Below are positions 1-13,434 of a stretch of 64,000 nucleotides of DNA, piece by piece. Under the pieces are notes generated by a model. That model saw only the letters and a program-made list of their open reading frames with translations, was not told where the DNA came from and searched no databases. The stretch covers positions 14,410 through 78,409 of the forward strand of contig NZ_JAWVZL010000002.1 of NCBI RefSeq assembly GCF_033722195.1. Reading direction: 5' to 3'. Within the stretch, counting starts at the first letter, position 1; every line of letters begins with the position of its first letter. Source of the DNA: Marinobacter sp. GTDB lineage: Bacteria > Pseudomonadota > Gammaproteobacteria > Pseudomonadales > Oleiphilaceae. The position numbers were made by a program, and so were the translations under genes.

Positions 1-2
1 GG

Positions 3-929
3 GCGCTGGACCTGCCCCGGGAAACCCGGGCCTATGTTCCCAAGCTGATTGCCCTGGCGAAGATTTTCGAGAACCCCGAGGCCTACGGCATCACCCTGCC
101 GGAGTTCCCGGATCAGCCCTATTTCGAGGTGGTGGACATCGGCTCACAGATTGATCTGGCCCAGGCGGCTGATCTGGCCGGCGTGGACATCGACGAGATC
201 TACCTGCTGAACCCCTCTTTTAACCGCTGGGCCACCTCACCGGCGGGGCCGCACCGGTTGCTGGTGCCGGTGGCCAATGCCGAGCAGTTCCGGCAGGGCC
301 TGGCCGCCATTGATCCGGATTCCCGGGTGGCCTGGCAGAACTACAAAGTGGTCGCAGGCGACAGCCTCATCCGCATCGCCCGCAAGTTCAATACCACGCC
401 CTCGGTGCTGCAGGAGGTCAACAACATCCGCGGCAACCTGATCCGGGTGGGCGATCAACTGCTGATACCCACCGCCCGCAACGGCAATACCGAGTATGCC
501 CTCAGCGCCTCCCAGCGGCTGGCCCGTAAACAGGCCAGCGGCGGCCGTGGCAGCGACGGCAGCCGGGTGGAACATACCGTTCGCGCCGGCGATACCTTCT
601 GGGACATTGCCCGGGAGCATAAGGTCAGCGTCAGGGAGCTGGCATCCTGGAACGGCATGGCGCCGGGGGACCCGCTGATTCCCGGCAAGGAGCTGGTGGT
701 CTGGTCGAAGGCGCCCACCTACGCCAAGGCTGCCACCAGCCTCCGGGACAAAAAGATGGTGCGAAAATTGGGCTATCGCGTGCGCCGGGGCGACTCCCTG
801 GCGGCCATCGCCAACCGTTTTTCCGTCGCGGTAAGCGACATCGCAAGCTGGAACGACCTCAACACCGCCCGTTATCTGCAGCCAGGACAAAGTCTGGTAC
901 TCTACGTGGATATTCGCACCAGCCCCTGA
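3..929 (+). CDS. mltD: Membrane-bound lytic murein transglycosylase D with LysM repeats, 5'-truncated by window edge
   Basis: Frame open from base 3 (ALDLPRETRAYVPKLIALA, SLT-domain tail); three LysM repeats (YKVVAGDSLIRIA, HTVRAGDTFWDIA, YRVRRGDSLAAIA); precedes yej-fabI as in pseudomonads. Confidence 0.9.
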   Translation, partial: ALDLPRETRAYVPKLIALAKIFENPEAYGITLPEFPDQPYFEVVDIGSQIDLAQAADLAGVDIDEIYLLNPSFNRWATSPAGPHRLLVPVANAEQFRQGLAAIDPDSRVAWQNYKVVAGDSLIRIARKFNTTPSVLQEVNNIRGNLIRVGDQLLIPTARNGNTEYALSASQRLARKQASGGRGSDGSRVEHTVRAGDTFWDIAREHKVSVRELASWNGMAPGDPLIPGKELVVWSKAPTYAKAATSLRDKKMVRKLGYRVRRGDSLAAIANRFSVAVSDIASWNDLNTARYLQPGQSLVLYVDIRTSP

Positions 930-998
930 GGGACCCGGCGTCACGGGGCGGTGAGTTTTGGGAGCGGCTGAAACAATAATCAGAGACAAGCGAGACCC

Positions 999-2825
999 AT
1001 GACTTCAATGCCCGATTTCCGAACCCTTACCTCTGCCGTGGCCGGCGCCATTCTGTCTGTTTCGCTGGTCTCGGCACCCGCCGTGATGGCCCAGGACGAA
1101 ACGGAACCCCGACACGGCATCGCCATGTACGGTGACCCGGCCTATCCCGCAGATTTCGAGCACTTCGCCTACGTCAATCCCGAGGCCCCAAAGGGTGGCA
1201 CCCTGCGTCTGGCGGTGGTGGCCAATGGTTTTGACTCCTTCAACCCGTTCGTGATCCGGGGCGTCGCGGCCGCGGATGTCAGCACCTACGTGTACGACAC
1301 CCTGATGGTGTCCTCCGACGACGAGCCCTTCAGCGCCTATGGTCTGATCGCCGAGTCCATTGAAACACCGGAAGACCGCAGCTACGTGATCTTCAAGCTG
1401 CGGGACGAGGCCCGGTTCCAGGACGGCAAGCCCATCACCGCCGAGGATGTGGCCTTCAGCTTCAAGATCCTCACCACCGAGGGCCACCCGCTGTTCCGCA
1501 ACTATTACGCCGAGGTATCCAAGGTTACGGTGATCGACCCGCAACGGGTGCGGTTCGACTTCGGCGAGACCGACAACCGGGAACTGCCGCTGATCCTGGG
1601 CCAGCTTCCGATCCTGCCAAAACATTACTGGCAGGACCGGGAATTCACCGAAAGCGGTCTGACCCCGCCGGTGGGGAGTGGCCCCTACCGTATTGGTGAT
1701 TTCGAGGCCGGCCGTTCGGTGACCTACCAGCGGGTTGAGGACTACTGGGCGCGGGACCTGGCGGTCAACAAAGGCCGTTACAACTTTGACGCCATTCGCT
1801 ACGAGTACTACACCGATGACACCGTGGCGCTGGAGGCGTTCAAGGCCGGCAACTACGATTTCCGCCTGGAATCTTCCGCCAAGAACTGGGCCACCGCTTA
1901 TACCGGCGAGCAGTTCCATGACGGCCGCGCCACGACCGAGGAACTGGAGCACGACCGGCCGGTAGGTATGCAGGCATTCGTTTTCAACACACGCCGGTCA
2001 CAATTCAAGGACCCCCTGGTACGGCGCGCCATCGCCTATGCGTTTGATTTCGACTGGGCCAATCGCAATCTCTTCTACGGCCAGTACCGGCGCACCGACA
2101 GCTATTTCGAGAACAGTGAACTGGCCTCAAGCGGCCTGCCGGAAGGCGGTGAACTGCGGGTGCTGGAGGCCTTCCGCGACCGGTTACCCGCAGAGGTATT
2201 CACTGAACCCTACACCGTGCCCTCCACCACCGGCGACACCAGCCTGCGGGACAACCTGCGCACCGGCCTTGGGCTGCTGCGCCAGGCAGGCTACGCCATC
2301 AAGGATGGCATCATGGTCAACACCGCCACCGGCGAGCCGCTGACCTTCGAGATCCTGCTGGCGCAGAAGAATTTCGAGCGCATCGTGCTGCCCTTTGCCG
2401 CCAACCTGGAGAAGCTGGGCATCAAGGTGAACGTGCGGCTGATCGACACCAACCAGTACATCCAGCGGGTACGGAGTTTCGACTTCGACATGATCACCCA
2501 GGTGATCCCCCAGTCCGACTCCCCCGGCAACGAGCAGCGGGACTACTGGCACTCCGACAACGTCAACGTCAATGGCTCCCGCAACTACATGGGCGTCAAC
2601 GACCCGGTGGTGGACGAGCTCATCAGCCTGCTGATCCAGGCCACCAGCCGGCAGGAGCTGGTGCACCGGGTACGGGCCCTGGACCGGGTCCTGCTCCATG
2701 GCCACTACGTGGTGCCCCAATGGTTCCTCAACGTGGATCGCATCGCCTACTGGAACAAGCTGGCAAGACCCGAGGTGGTGCCCAAGAACGGTACCGACCT
2801 GAGCAACTGGTGGGCCCGGCCCTGA
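999..2825 (+). CDS. yejA: ABC peptide transporter substrate-binding protein (YejA/NppA type)
   Basis: Signal peptide; HGIAMYGDPAYPADFEHFAYVNPEAPKGG family-5 SBP N-terminus. Confidence 0.9.
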   Translation: MTSMPDFRTLTSAVAGAILSVSLVSAPAVMAQDETEPRHGIAMYGDPAYPADFEHFAYVNPEAPKGGTLRLAVVANGFDSFNPFVIRGVAAADVSTYVYDTLMVSSDDEPFSAYGLIAESIETPEDRSYVIFKLRDEARFQDGKPITAEDVAFSFKILTTEGHPLFRNYYAEVSKVTVIDPQRVRFDFGETDNRELPLILGQLPILPKHYWQDREFTESGLTPPVGSGPYRIGDFEAGRSVTYQRVEDYWARDLAVNKGRYNFDAIRYEYYTDDTVALEAFKAGNYDFRLESSAKNWATAYTGEQFHDGRATTEELEHDRPVGMQAFVFNTRRSQFKDPLVRRAIAYAFDFDWANRNLFYGQYRRTDSYFENSELASSGLPEGGELRVLEAFRDRLPAEVFTEPYTVPSTTGDTSLRDNLRTGLGLLRQAGYAIKDGIMVNTATGEPLTFEILLAQKNFERIVLPFAANLEKLGIKVNVRLIDTNQYIQRVRSFDFDMITQVIPQSDSPGNEQRDYWHSDNVNVNGSRNYMGVNDPVVDELISLLIQATSRQELVHRVRALDRVLLHGHYVVPQWFLNVDRIAYWNKLARPEVVPKNGTDLSNWWARP

Positions 2826-2875
2826 CGCCTTCCCGCAGCTTTTCCGTATCGCAAGCCAGGGAGACCGTCTGATCC

Positions 2876-3952
2876 ATGGGTGGCTACATCCTTCGACGCC
2901 TGCTGCTGATCATTCCCACCTTGATCGGTATCATGCTGCTCAACTTCGTCATTGTGCAGGCGGCGCCCGGCGGCCCCATCGAGCAGCTGATCGCCGAAAT
3001 GGAAGGTCATGGCGGCGGCGCCCTGAGCCGTGCCACCGGCGGTGGTGGCGGTGACGAGGTCGCCACCGGCGAGAGTCGCGGCGAGCGCGGCATACCGCCG
3101 GAGCTGCTGAAGGAACTGGAAGTGATGTACGGTTTCGACAAGCCGGCCCACGAACGCTTCCTGAAGATGCTGGGGGACTACGCCACCTTCGATTTCGGAG
3201 AGTCCTTCTACCGCGACCGCACCGTGGTGGAGCTGATCCTGGACAAGATGCCGGTGTCCATTTCCCTGGGGCTCTGGTCCACCCTGATCATCTACCTGAT
3301 CTCCATACCCCTGGGCATCCGCAAGGCCGTGACCGACGGCAGCCGTTTCGACGTCTGGACCAGTTCGCTGATCGTGGTGGGCTACGCCATACCCGGCTTC
3401 CTGTTTGCCATCCTGCTGATCGTGCTGTTCGCCGGCGGCAGTTACTTCGACATTTTCCCGCTCCGGGGGCTGACCTCGCCGGGCTGGGAGGACATGCCCT
3501 GGTACCAGCAGATCGCCGACTACTTCTGGCATCTGGCGCTACCGGTTACCGCGAATGTGATCGGCGGCTTCGCCACCCTCACCCTGCTCACCAAGAACTC
3601 CTTCCTCGACGAGATCGGCAAGCAGTACGTGGTTACTGCCCGCGCCAAGGGCCTTGAGGAGCGCCAGGTGCTCTATGGCCACGTCTTCCGCAACGCCATG
3701 CTGATTGTTATCGCCAGCCTGCCGGGCGTTCTGGTGGCGCTGTTCTTCACCGGTTCATTGCTGATCGAGGTGATCTTCTCCCTGGATGGCCTCGGCCTGC
3801 TGGGCTTCGAGGCGGCGCTGAACCGGGATTACCCCGTGATCTTCGGCACCCTCTATATTTTCACCCTGATGGGCCTGGTGCTGAAGCTGATCAGCGACAT
3901 CACCTACGTGCTGGTGGATCCCCGTATCGACTTCGAGAGCCGGGAGAGCTGA
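2876..3952 (+). CDS. yejB: Microcin C/peptide ABC permease
   Basis: [16 protein letters not shown]...QAAPGGP start; EAA loop [10 protein letters not shown]. Confidence 0.93.
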   Translation: MGGYILRRLLLIIPTLIGIMLLNFVIVQAAPGGPIEQLIAEMEGHGGGALSRATGGGGGDEVATGESRGERGIPPELLKELEVMYGFDKPAHERFLKMLGDYATFDFGESFYRDRTVVELILDKMPVSISLGLWSTLIIYLISIPLGIRKAVTDGSRFDVWTSSLIVVGYAIPGFLFAILLIVLFAGGSYFDIFPLRGLTSPGWEDMPWYQQIADYFWHLALPVTANVIGGFATLTLLTKNSFLDEIGKQYVVTARAKGLEERQVLYGHVFRNAMLIVIASLPGVLVALFFTGSLLIEVIFSLDGLGLLGFEAALNRDYPVIFGTLYIFTLMGLVLKLISDITYVLVDPRIDFESRES

Positions 3953-3953
3953 T

Positions 3954-4982
3954 ATGCGCATGCCGGCACTCTCCCCCATCCAGCAGCGTCGCCTGGCCAA
4001 TTTCCGCGCCAACCGCCGGGGATACTGGTCGCTCTGGCTGTTCCTGGCGCTGTTTGGCCTGTCGCTGATCGCCGAACTGCTGGCCAACGACAAACCCCTG
4101 GTGGTGCAGTATCAGGATCAGCTCTATTTCCCGGTGGTCCAGAGCATCCCGGAGGAAACCTTCGGCGGCTTCCTGCCCACCGAGGCAGACTACCGTGACC
4201 CCTTTATCCGGGAGGAGATCGAGGCCAACGGCTGGATCTTGTGGCCGCCGATCCCGTTCAGCTACGACACCATCAATTACGATCTCGACAAGCCGTCACC
4301 GGCGCCGCCCTCCACCGTCAACTGGCTGGGCACCGACGACCAGGGCCGCGACGTGCTGGCACGAGTGATCTACGGCTTCCGGATCTCGGTGCTGTTCGGT
4401 CTTACCCTGACCATCCTCAGCTGCCTGGTGGGGGTGATCGTCGGCGCCATCCAGGGTTTCTACGGCGGCAAGGTGGACCTGTTCGGCCAGCGCTTCATCG
4501 AGATCTGGTCCGGGCTGCCGGCGCTTTACCTGCTGATCATCCTGTCCAGCATCGTGCAACCCACCTTCTGGCTGCTGCTGGGCATCATGCTGCTGTTCAG
4601 CTGGATGGGCCTGGTGGACGTGGTGCGGGCGGAATTCCTGCGGGCCCGCAACTTCGAATACGTCAAGGCCGCCCGCGCGCTGGGGCTCGGCAACCGCAAG
4701 ATCATGTTCCGCCACATCCTGCCCAACGCCATGGTGGCCACCCTGACCTTTGTGCCCTTTATCCTGACCGGCGCCATCACCGGCCTCACCTCACTGGACT
4801 TCCTGGGCTTCGGCCTGCCCTCCGGCTCGCCCTCCCTGGGCGAGCTGATCGCCCAGGGCAAGACCAACCTGCACGCGCCCTGGCTGGGCATCTCTGCTTT
4901 CGTCAGCCTGGCGGTGATGCTGACACTGCTGGTGTTCGTGGGCGAAGCGGTCCGTGATGCCTTCGACCCGAGGAAGGCCTGA
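3954..4982 (+). CDS. yejE: Peptide ABC permease
   Basis: FRANRRGYWSLWLF, LGTDDQGRDVLAR, EAA loop; coupled to yejB. Confidence 0.93.
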   Translation: MRMPALSPIQQRRLANFRANRRGYWSLWLFLALFGLSLIAELLANDKPLVVQYQDQLYFPVVQSIPEETFGGFLPTEADYRDPFIREEIEANGWILWPPIPFSYDTINYDLDKPSPAPPSTVNWLGTDDQGRDVLARVIYGFRISVLFGLTLTILSCLVGVIVGAIQGFYGGKVDLFGQRFIEIWSGLPALYLLIILSSIVQPTFWLLLGIMLLFSWMGLVDVVRAEFLRARNFEYVKAARALGLGNRKIMFRHILPNAMVATLTFVPFILTGAITGLTSLDFLGFGLPSGSPSLGELIAQGKTNLHAPWLGISAFVSLAVMLTLLVFVGEAVRDAFDPRKA

Positions 4983-4983
4983 C

Positions 4984-6594
4984 ATGAGCAAGCTGCTGAG
5001 CATCGACAACCTCACCATCGCCTTCGGCGCCAACGAGCCGGTGGTGCGGGATGTGTCCCTGAGCCTCGACAAGGGCGAGACCCTGGCCCTGGTGGGGGAA
5101 AGCGGCTCCGGCAAGTCGGTCACGGCGCTGTCGGTGCTGCGGCTGCTGAATGAACGACTGGTGTCCTACCCCAGCGGCAGTATCCGTTATCAGGGCGAAG
5201 ATCTGCTGACAGTCCCGGACAAGCGCCTGCGGCAGATCCGGGGCCGCAGCATCGGCATGATCTTCCAGGAGCCCATGACCTCGCTGAATCCGCTTCACAC
5301 CGTGGAAAAGCAGATCAGCGAAACCCTCGCCCTGCACCGTGGCATGCGCGGTCCGCAGGCCCGCCGGCGGTGCCTGGAGCTACTGGAGCTTGTGGGCATT
5401 GGCGCGCCGGAACAACGTCTGAACAGCTATCCGCACCAGTTGTCAGGTGGCCAGAAACAGCGGGTCATGATTGCCATGGCGCTGGCCAACGAGCCCGACA
5501 TCCTGATTGCCGACGAGCCCACCACCGCGCTGGATGTCACCGTCCAGAAACAGGTGCTGGAGCTGCTGGGCTCTCTGCAGCGCAAGCTGGGCATGGCCAT
5601 CATCCTGATTACCCACGATCTGACCATTGTCCGGCGCTATGCGGATCGGGTCGCGGTGATGGAACGGGGCGTGATCGTGGAACAGGCCGACACCGCCAGC
5701 CTGTTCAGTCAGCCCCGCCACGCGTACACCCGCAAGCTGCTTGACGCGGAGCCGCCCGCCCAGCCGCCGGCGCCGGCCGGCACGCCCGAGGCGCTGCTGG
5801 CAGTTGCCGACCTGAACGTCCGGTTTGTCCTCAAGAAATCCGTGCTGGGCCGAACCCGGCGGGCATTCCACGCGGTTCGCGATGTGGCCTTCCAGGTCGG
5901 ACGGGGCGAAACCCTGGGCATCGTGGGGGAGAGCGGCAGCGGCAAGACCACCATTGGCCATGCGCTGCTCAAGCTCACCGCCAGCGAGGGCCGCATCGAT
6001 TTCCAGGGCGCCCAGCTGGCAGGCCTGAACCAGCGCCAGTTCCGGCCTTTCCGGCGCCGCATCCAGATCGTTTTCCAGGACCCTTTCGGCAGTCTCAGTC
6101 CCCGCATGTCCGTCGCCGAAATCATCCGGGAAGGCCTGGAGATCCATGAGCCCGGCAGCCCCGAGAGCCACGACGCCAAGGTCATCCAGGCCCTGAAGGA
6201 CGTCCAGCTCGACCCGGACACCCGGCACCGCTACCCCCACGAGTTTTCCGGCGGCCAGCGCCAGCGCATCGCCATTGCCCGCGCCCTGGTGCTGCAGCCG
6301 GAGCTGATCCTGCTGGACGAGCCCACCTCGGCGCTGGACCGCACGGTACAGAAACAGGTCATCGAGCTGCTGGCCCAGCTCCAGCAGCGATATCAGCTAA
6401 GCTATATCTTCATCAGCCACGACCTGGCGGTGGTTCGCGCGCTCAGTCACAAGCTGTTGGTGCTCAAGGACGGCCAGGTGGTGGAGTATGGCGACGCCCG
6501 GGAGGTGTTTGAGCGGCCCCGGGCCGACTACACCCGAACGCTGCTCAGTGCCGCCCTGTATTACCAGGACGAACAAGGGGCACCGGGGGCCTGA
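4984..6594 (+). CDS. yejF: Peptide ABC transporter fused double ATPase
   Basis: Two Walker A motifs ([16 protein letters not shown]) and two signature motifs ([16 protein letters not shown]); start taken at ATG 4984. Confidence 0.93.
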   Translation: MSKLLSIDNLTIAFGANEPVVRDVSLSLDKGETLALVGESGSGKSVTALSVLRLLNERLVSYPSGSIRYQGEDLLTVPDKRLRQIRGRSIGMIFQEPMTSLNPLHTVEKQISETLALHRGMRGPQARRRCLELLELVGIGAPEQRLNSYPHQLSGGQKQRVMIAMALANEPDILIADEPTTALDVTVQKQVLELLGSLQRKLGMAIILITHDLTIVRRYADRVAVMERGVIVEQADTASLFSQPRHAYTRKLLDAEPPAQPPAPAGTPEALLAVADLNVRFVLKKSVLGRTRRAFHAVRDVAFQVGRGETLGIVGESGSGKTTIGHALLKLTASEGRIDFQGAQLAGLNQRQFRPFRRRIQIVFQDPFGSLSPRMSVAEIIREGLEIHEPGSPESHDAKVIQALKDVQLDPDTRHRYPHEFSGGQRQRIAIARALVLQPELILLDEPTSALDRTVQKQVIELLAQLQQRYQLSYIFISHDLAVVRALSHKLLVLKDGQVVEYGDAREVFERPRADYTRTLLSAALYYQDEQGAPGA

Positions 6595-6684
6595 GCGGGC
6601 CCGGGCTACGACCAATTGAGCGTTACCCGGGCCGGACCGGTTCGGGGATAATGGCGCCAAATCCAGCACAAGGGAGAACGAGAC

Positions 6685-7470
6685 ATGGGATTACTCAGCG
6701 GTAAACGCGCACTGATTGTTGGCGTTGCCAGCAAGCTCTCCATCGCCGCCGGCATCGCCGAGGCTTTCCACCAGGAGGGCGCGGAGCTGGCCTTCACCTA
6801 CCAGAACGAGAAGCTGAAAGGCCGTGTGGAAGGCTTTGCCAAGGACTGGGGCAGCGAACTCACCTTCCCCTGTGACGTGGCCAGCGACGAAGAAATTGAA
6901 AATGTCTTTACCGAACTAAGCAAGCACTGGGACGGCATCGACATCATCGTGCACGCCGTGGGTTTTGCCCCCGGTCACGAACTCAACGGCAACTACGTGG
7001 ACGTCACCACCCGTGAGGGCTTCAAGATTGCCCACGACATCAGTTCCTACAGTTTCGTGGCGCTGGCCAAGGCCGCCAAGCCCATGCTGCGGGAAAACGG
7101 TGCGCTGCTGACCCTGAGCTACCTGGGTGCCGAGAAGGTGCTGCCCAACTACAACGTCATGGGCCTGGCCAAGGCCTCCCTGGAGGCGAATGTGCGCTAC
7201 ATGGCGGTCAGCCTGGGTGGCATGGGCGTGCGGGTCAACGGCATTTCGGCGGGTCCGATCCGCACCCTGGCGGCCTCCGGTATCAAGAGCTTCCGCAAGA
7301 TGCTGGCGGGGAACGAGAAACGCGCACCGCTGGGCCGCAACATCACCATCGAGGACGTGGGCAAGAGTGCCACCTTCCTGTGTTCGGATATGGCCAGCGG
7401 CGTGACCGGCGAGATTCTCTACGTGGACGGCGGCTTCAACATCACCGCCATGGCGGCCCTGGAAGAGTAG
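6685..7470 (+). CDS. fabI: Enoyl-ACP reductase (NADH)
   Basis: [12 protein letters not shown] catalytic motif, [12 protein letters not shown]; SD GGAG upstream. Confidence 0.97.
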   Translation: MGLLSGKRALIVGVASKLSIAAGIAEAFHQEGAELAFTYQNEKLKGRVEGFAKDWGSELTFPCDVASDEEIENVFTELSKHWDGIDIIVHAVGFAPGHELNGNYVDVTTREGFKIAHDISSYSFVALAKAAKPMLRENGALLTLSYLGAEKVLPNYNVMGLAKASLEANVRYMAVSLGGMGVRVNGISAGPIRTLAASGIKSFRKMLAGNEKRAPLGRNITIEDVGKSATFLCSDMASGVTGEILYVDGGFNITAMAALEE

Positions 7471-7495
7471 GACATCCGCCAACGTCAGTGATTCA

Positions 7496-7522
7496 AGGGC
7501 CCCGCATGACGGGGCCTTTTCG
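7496..7522 (+). terminator. Intrinsic terminator after fabI
   Basis: GGCCCCG-catga-CGGGGCC followed by TTTT; lies between convergent genes. Confidence 0.8.
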
Positions 7523-7523
7523 T

Positions 7524-7928
7524 TCAGTCCTGGACCATGGCGCGGGCCATGGCGTCCACCCAGTCGATGTAGCTGCTGTCGTCGGAGGGGATCACCTTCA
7601 GGCCCGAGGCCCAGCGCCCTTCCCTTGGCTCACACCAGATCACATCCACCATCAGCTCGTGGCTGCCGCCGGCGCCGGCCAGGGTAATGGTAACCGGTAG
7701 CAGGGCGCCCACGGGCAAGACTTGGTCGGTGAATACCCGGGCGCCACTCACCGACAGGTCGTGGGTGTGGCATACCAGACGGGCGCCGGGTGCCGGCGGC
7801 TCGCCCGGCTCCGGGGACTCCAACTCGAGAAGAAGCGTGGCCCGTCCGGTCAGCCGGAATTCCGTGCGCTGGTCATGATCAACGCCCAAAGGATCCTCGG
7901 CACCAAAACTGTAATCCTGCTGACTCAT
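7524..7928 (-). CDS. PilZ-domain protein (putative c-di-GMP receptor)
   Basis: QRTEFR (RxxxR) and DLSVSG (DxSxxG) motifs. Confidence 0.8.
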   Translation of the reverse strand: MSQQDYSFGAEDPLGVDHDQRTEFRLTGRATLLLELESPEPGEPPAPGARLVCHTHDLSVSGARVFTDQVLPVGALLPVTITLAGAGGSHELMVDVIWCEPREGRWASGLKVIPSDDSSYIDWVDAMARAMVQD

Positions 7929-7961
7929 AGATGCGTCCCGTTGTTCACCTGTTATTGTTAT

Positions 7962-9815
7962 TCATTGATTCTTGCCCACCCGGAGGCGCCCCACCACCCG
8001 GGTCAGGGTGTCATCGAATTCGGCGGACTGGTTCAACACCCGGATCTCACCCGCCAGCACCCGGTCCACCAGCTCGGACACCTGGAACTCCACCCGGTTG
8101 AGGCCCAGGCGGTCGACGAAGACCAGCTTGCGGGTCGCGTTCAGACGCACCGCCAGCTTCAGTCGCTGCGCCGCCCGGACGTCGCTGGTGCTGTCGGTGA
8201 CGTCCTCCCGCACAATCCAGCCGCCCAGTTTGATGGCGTTCACCAGGGCCTCGGCCTCGGCCCGCCGCGCGGCCTCGAGTCGGCGCTGGGCGTCGGCCTC
8301 GTCCTGCTGGCGCCGGGCCTCGGCTTCGGCCTGCTGGCGCGCCTGCTCCGCCTTCCTGACGGCCTCTTCCTGCTGGCGCTGCAGCTCGGCCTGCTCCTTT
8401 GCCCGGCGCAGCTCTTCGGCCCTGGCTCTGGCCACGGCAGCGGCCTTTTCACGCTGCTGGCGCTGACTGGTGAGCACCCGCGACAGCGCCGACACGGTTT
8501 CACCCAGCACACCGCCAAAACTGTTGAGCTCCGGCAGGCGGCGGTAGGCGCCGCTGTCCAGGCCGGCAGTCAGGTCCGACCAGGGCGTGACCGCCAGTTT
8601 GACGCCAAAGCCGTTGGTCCAGAGCACTTCGCCGGTCTCGGCCAGTAGGCCCAGGAAAAAGCGCCGCTGCTCACCGGCACCCTCGCCTTCCACAAACCAG
8701 TGGCCGGTGAGCCCGGCCAGGCGATCACTGTCCACTTCCGGCTGACCGAGCCACTGGCTGTCGTAGGAGAATGGCCGGGACGGAGAAATGGCCGCCACCA
8801 GGCTAGGCGCCTCGCCCCGAAGGCGTGCCATCAACTCCGCCGTGACAGAGTCCAGAGCCGATTCCGGCAATGGTTTCTGGTGGATGCGGGTCCAGACGTC
8901 ATTGAGCTTGTCGCCAAGCTGCTCACCGACATGATAGAGGCGATCCCGATCCCTGTCGGACAGGGCCGGGTCACCCACCCACACCAGCCACTCCAGCAGC
9001 TTGCCCGCATGGCGCCAGTCGTCGCTGTCGGTGCCGCTGTTCCAGGCCGCCTGGCGCAATAGGGGCATCCAGGTATCCAGGATGAAGATAAGGATGGCTT
9101 CCGGTAACTGGCGACCCTTGAGCGCCCTGCCCACCAACGCCCGGGCCGTGTGTTCGGCCTTGCGCTGGCGGGCGGCGCCACGCTCGGTTTCCAGCAGCCG
9201 CTGGTGCAGCTTGTCGGAACGCTGGCGGCGCTGCTCCGCCTCCCGGTGCCAGTCTGCCGCGAAGCGTTCAAACGGCTCCAGACTGTTCCCCGCAAAACTC
9301 TCACTGACGGCGCGGCCCATGGTGTCGAGCTGATCCAGCAGGGCCCGCGCCGAGCGGCCGCCGGAATCGCTCCAGCCGCGCCAGTCCCCAAGGCTGTCCA
9401 GCCAGGCCCGGATGCTGTCCTCGAAGGACTCGGAGCCACTCGCCGCCATGCGCCAGGCCAGCAGGAAGCGCAGCCGCGCCACCCGCTGCACCAGCACTGG
9501 ATGCAGGCCGGAGGTGCGCAGGAACACGTCCATGATGCGGTCCGCCAGGTAAGCGGCATTGACCTGGCTCACCGTCCAGGTCAGCGACACCGAGCGCAAC
9601 AAGTGGGTTACAGGCTCGTCCCGCTGCTCGTTCCAGCAGGCTTCCAGAAGAGGCCGCCAGTCGGGTACCTCCGCCGTCTCCACCTTGCCGATGGGGTATG
9701 GCAGATCGGGCACCCGCAGGCCCTGGATGATCTCGGCAATCTGCGGACTGACACCGCTGACCGGTTCGTCGGTGGCGAAACGCTTCAGGTTTTGGGACGG
9801 CGATGGGGAGGCCAT
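7962..9815 (-). CDS. DUF1631-family protein with C-terminal coiled coil
   Basis: 617-aa ORF with typical codon bias; Q/E/R/A-rich coil; RLKLAVRLNATRKLVFVDRLG tail typical of DUF1631. Confidence 0.65.
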   Translation of the reverse strand: MASPSPSQNLKRFATDEPVSGVSPQIAEIIQGLRVPDLPYPIGKVETAEVPDWRPLLEACWNEQRDEPVTHLLRSVSLTWTVSQVNAAYLADRIMDVFLRTSGLHPVLVQRVARLRFLLAWRMAASGSESFEDSIRAWLDSLGDWRGWSDSGGRSARALLDQLDTMGRAVSESFAGNSLEPFERFAADWHREAEQRRQRSDKLHQRLLETERGAARQRKAEHTARALVGRALKGRQLPEAILIFILDTWMPLLRQAAWNSGTDSDDWRHAGKLLEWLVWVGDPALSDRDRDRLYHVGEQLGDKLNDVWTRIHQKPLPESALDSVTAELMARLRGEAPSLVAAISPSRPFSYDSQWLGQPEVDSDRLAGLTGHWFVEGEGAGEQRRFFLGLLAETGEVLWTNGFGVKLAVTPWSDLTAGLDSGAYRRLPELNSFGGVLGETVSALSRVLTSQRQQREKAAAVARARAEELRRAKEQAELQRQQEEAVRKAEQARQQAEAEARRQQDEADAQRRLEAARRAEAEALVNAIKLGGWIVREDVTDSTSDVRAAQRLKLAVRLNATRKLVFVDRLGLNRVEFQVSELVDRVLAGEIRVLNQSAEFDDTLTRVVGRLRVGKNQ

Positions 9816-10060
9816 TCGGTGGTAAGAATCCTGATTGGTTGTGACGGTGGATCCGGGGCAGCGAAGTCACCGCTTCGGGCATTGCAGCATGCCCTGTAAG
9901 CCGCGTCCACACTGGCTACGTATCAGTTTGTGGTTTCGTTGCAAAGGCTCAGTAAATGACGCAGTATAACGGCCTCTGCAACCCGCATTCCTTAGCCCGT
10001 CGGGCCCGCCTGGCACCTGCCTCGCAGCCCCGGGAGCCAAGAGTCGAGGATCACAAGAAC

Positions 10061-11134
10061 ATGTCCGGCACCAAACTCGAGAACATCAATGTGGCCAGCC
10101 AGGAGCCGCTCATCACACCGGAAGCGCTCAAGGGCGAAATGCCGCTGTCCGACAAGGCCGCCCAGACGGTCAGCCGTGGCCGCCAGGAAATCTACGACAT
10201 CATGGACGGCAAGGACCACCGCCTGTTCGTGGTGGTGGGCCCCTGCTCCATTCACGACGTCAAGGCGGCCCACGAATACGCGGGCAAGCTCAAGGCCCTG
10301 GCGGACGAGCTCAGCGACACCCTGTGTATCGTGATGCGGGTGTATTTCGAGAAGCCCCGGACCACCATCGGCTGGAAAGGCCTGATCAATGACCCTCACC
10401 TGAACGACTCCTTCGACATCGAACAGGGACTGCACATTGGCCGCCGGCTGTTGCTGGATATCGCTGAACTGGGGCTGCCCACCGCCACCGAGGCGCTGGA
10501 CCCCATCTCCCCCCAGTATCTGCAAGACACCATTTCCTGGTCCGCCATCGGCGCCCGTACCACCGAGTCCCAGACTCACCGGGAAATGAGCAGCGGCCTG
10601 TCCATGGCCATCGGTTTCAAGAACGGCACCGACGGCAGTCTGGATGTGGCCATCAACGCCATGAAATCCGTCTCCCATCCCCACAGCTTCCTGGGTATCG
10701 ACCAGAAGGGCCAAGTGTCCATCGTGCGCACCAAGGGCAACGCCTATGGCCATGTGGTGCTGCGCGGGGGCGGCGGCAAGCCCAACTACGACTCCGTCAA
10801 CGTGGCCCTGTGCGAGCAGGCACTGACCAAGGCCAAGTTGCGGCCCTGCATCATGGTGGACTGCAGCCACGCCAATTCCAGCAAGGACCCGGGCATCCAG
10901 CCGCTGGTGATCCAGGACATTGCCCATCAGATCCTCGAGGGTAATCGTTCGATCCAGGGCCTGATGGTGGAAAGCCACCTGAACTGGGGCAACCAGCCAC
11001 TGACCGAAAACCTGGACGACCTGAAGTACGGCGTGTCCATCACCGACGCCTGCATTGACTGGCCCACCACCGAGAAAGCCCTGCGGGAACTGCGGGACAA
11101 ACTCAAGGACGTGCTGCCCAAGCGCGTGCAGTAA
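10061..11134 (+). CDS. Class I DAHP synthase (AroF/AroG type)
   Basis: VVVGPCSIHD, RVYFEKPRTTIGWKGL, IGARTTESQTHRE; start ATG 10061 after GAGGA. Confidence 0.96.
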   Translation: MSGTKLENINVASQEPLITPEALKGEMPLSDKAAQTVSRGRQEIYDIMDGKDHRLFVVVGPCSIHDVKAAHEYAGKLKALADELSDTLCIVMRVYFEKPRTTIGWKGLINDPHLNDSFDIEQGLHIGRRLLLDIAELGLPTATEALDPISPQYLQDTISWSAIGARTTESQTHREMSSGLSMAIGFKNGTDGSLDVAINAMKSVSHPHSFLGIDQKGQVSIVRTKGNAYGHVVLRGGGGKPNYDSVNVALCEQALTKAKLRPCIMVDCSHANSSKDPGIQPLVIQDIAHQILEGNRSIQGLMVESHLNWGNQPLTENLDDLKYGVSITDACIDWPTTEKALRELRDKLKDVLPKRVQ

Positions 11135-11153
11135 ACGCGCCGGCCTGAAATGC

Positions 11154-11183
11154 AAAACGCCCCGATGACCGGGGCGTTTTTTT
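11154..11183. terminator. Bidirectional intrinsic terminator
   Basis: AAAACGCCCCG-atgac-CGGGGCGTTTTTTT between convergent genes. Confidence 0.88.
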
Positions 11184-11196
11184 ATGGGCCGAAGAG

Positions 11197-13393
<2,197 letters not shown>

Positions 13394-13434
13394 CCTGTCG
13401 AGTTCCTCCAGGCCACCATTGGCCCGGGGCGGCG

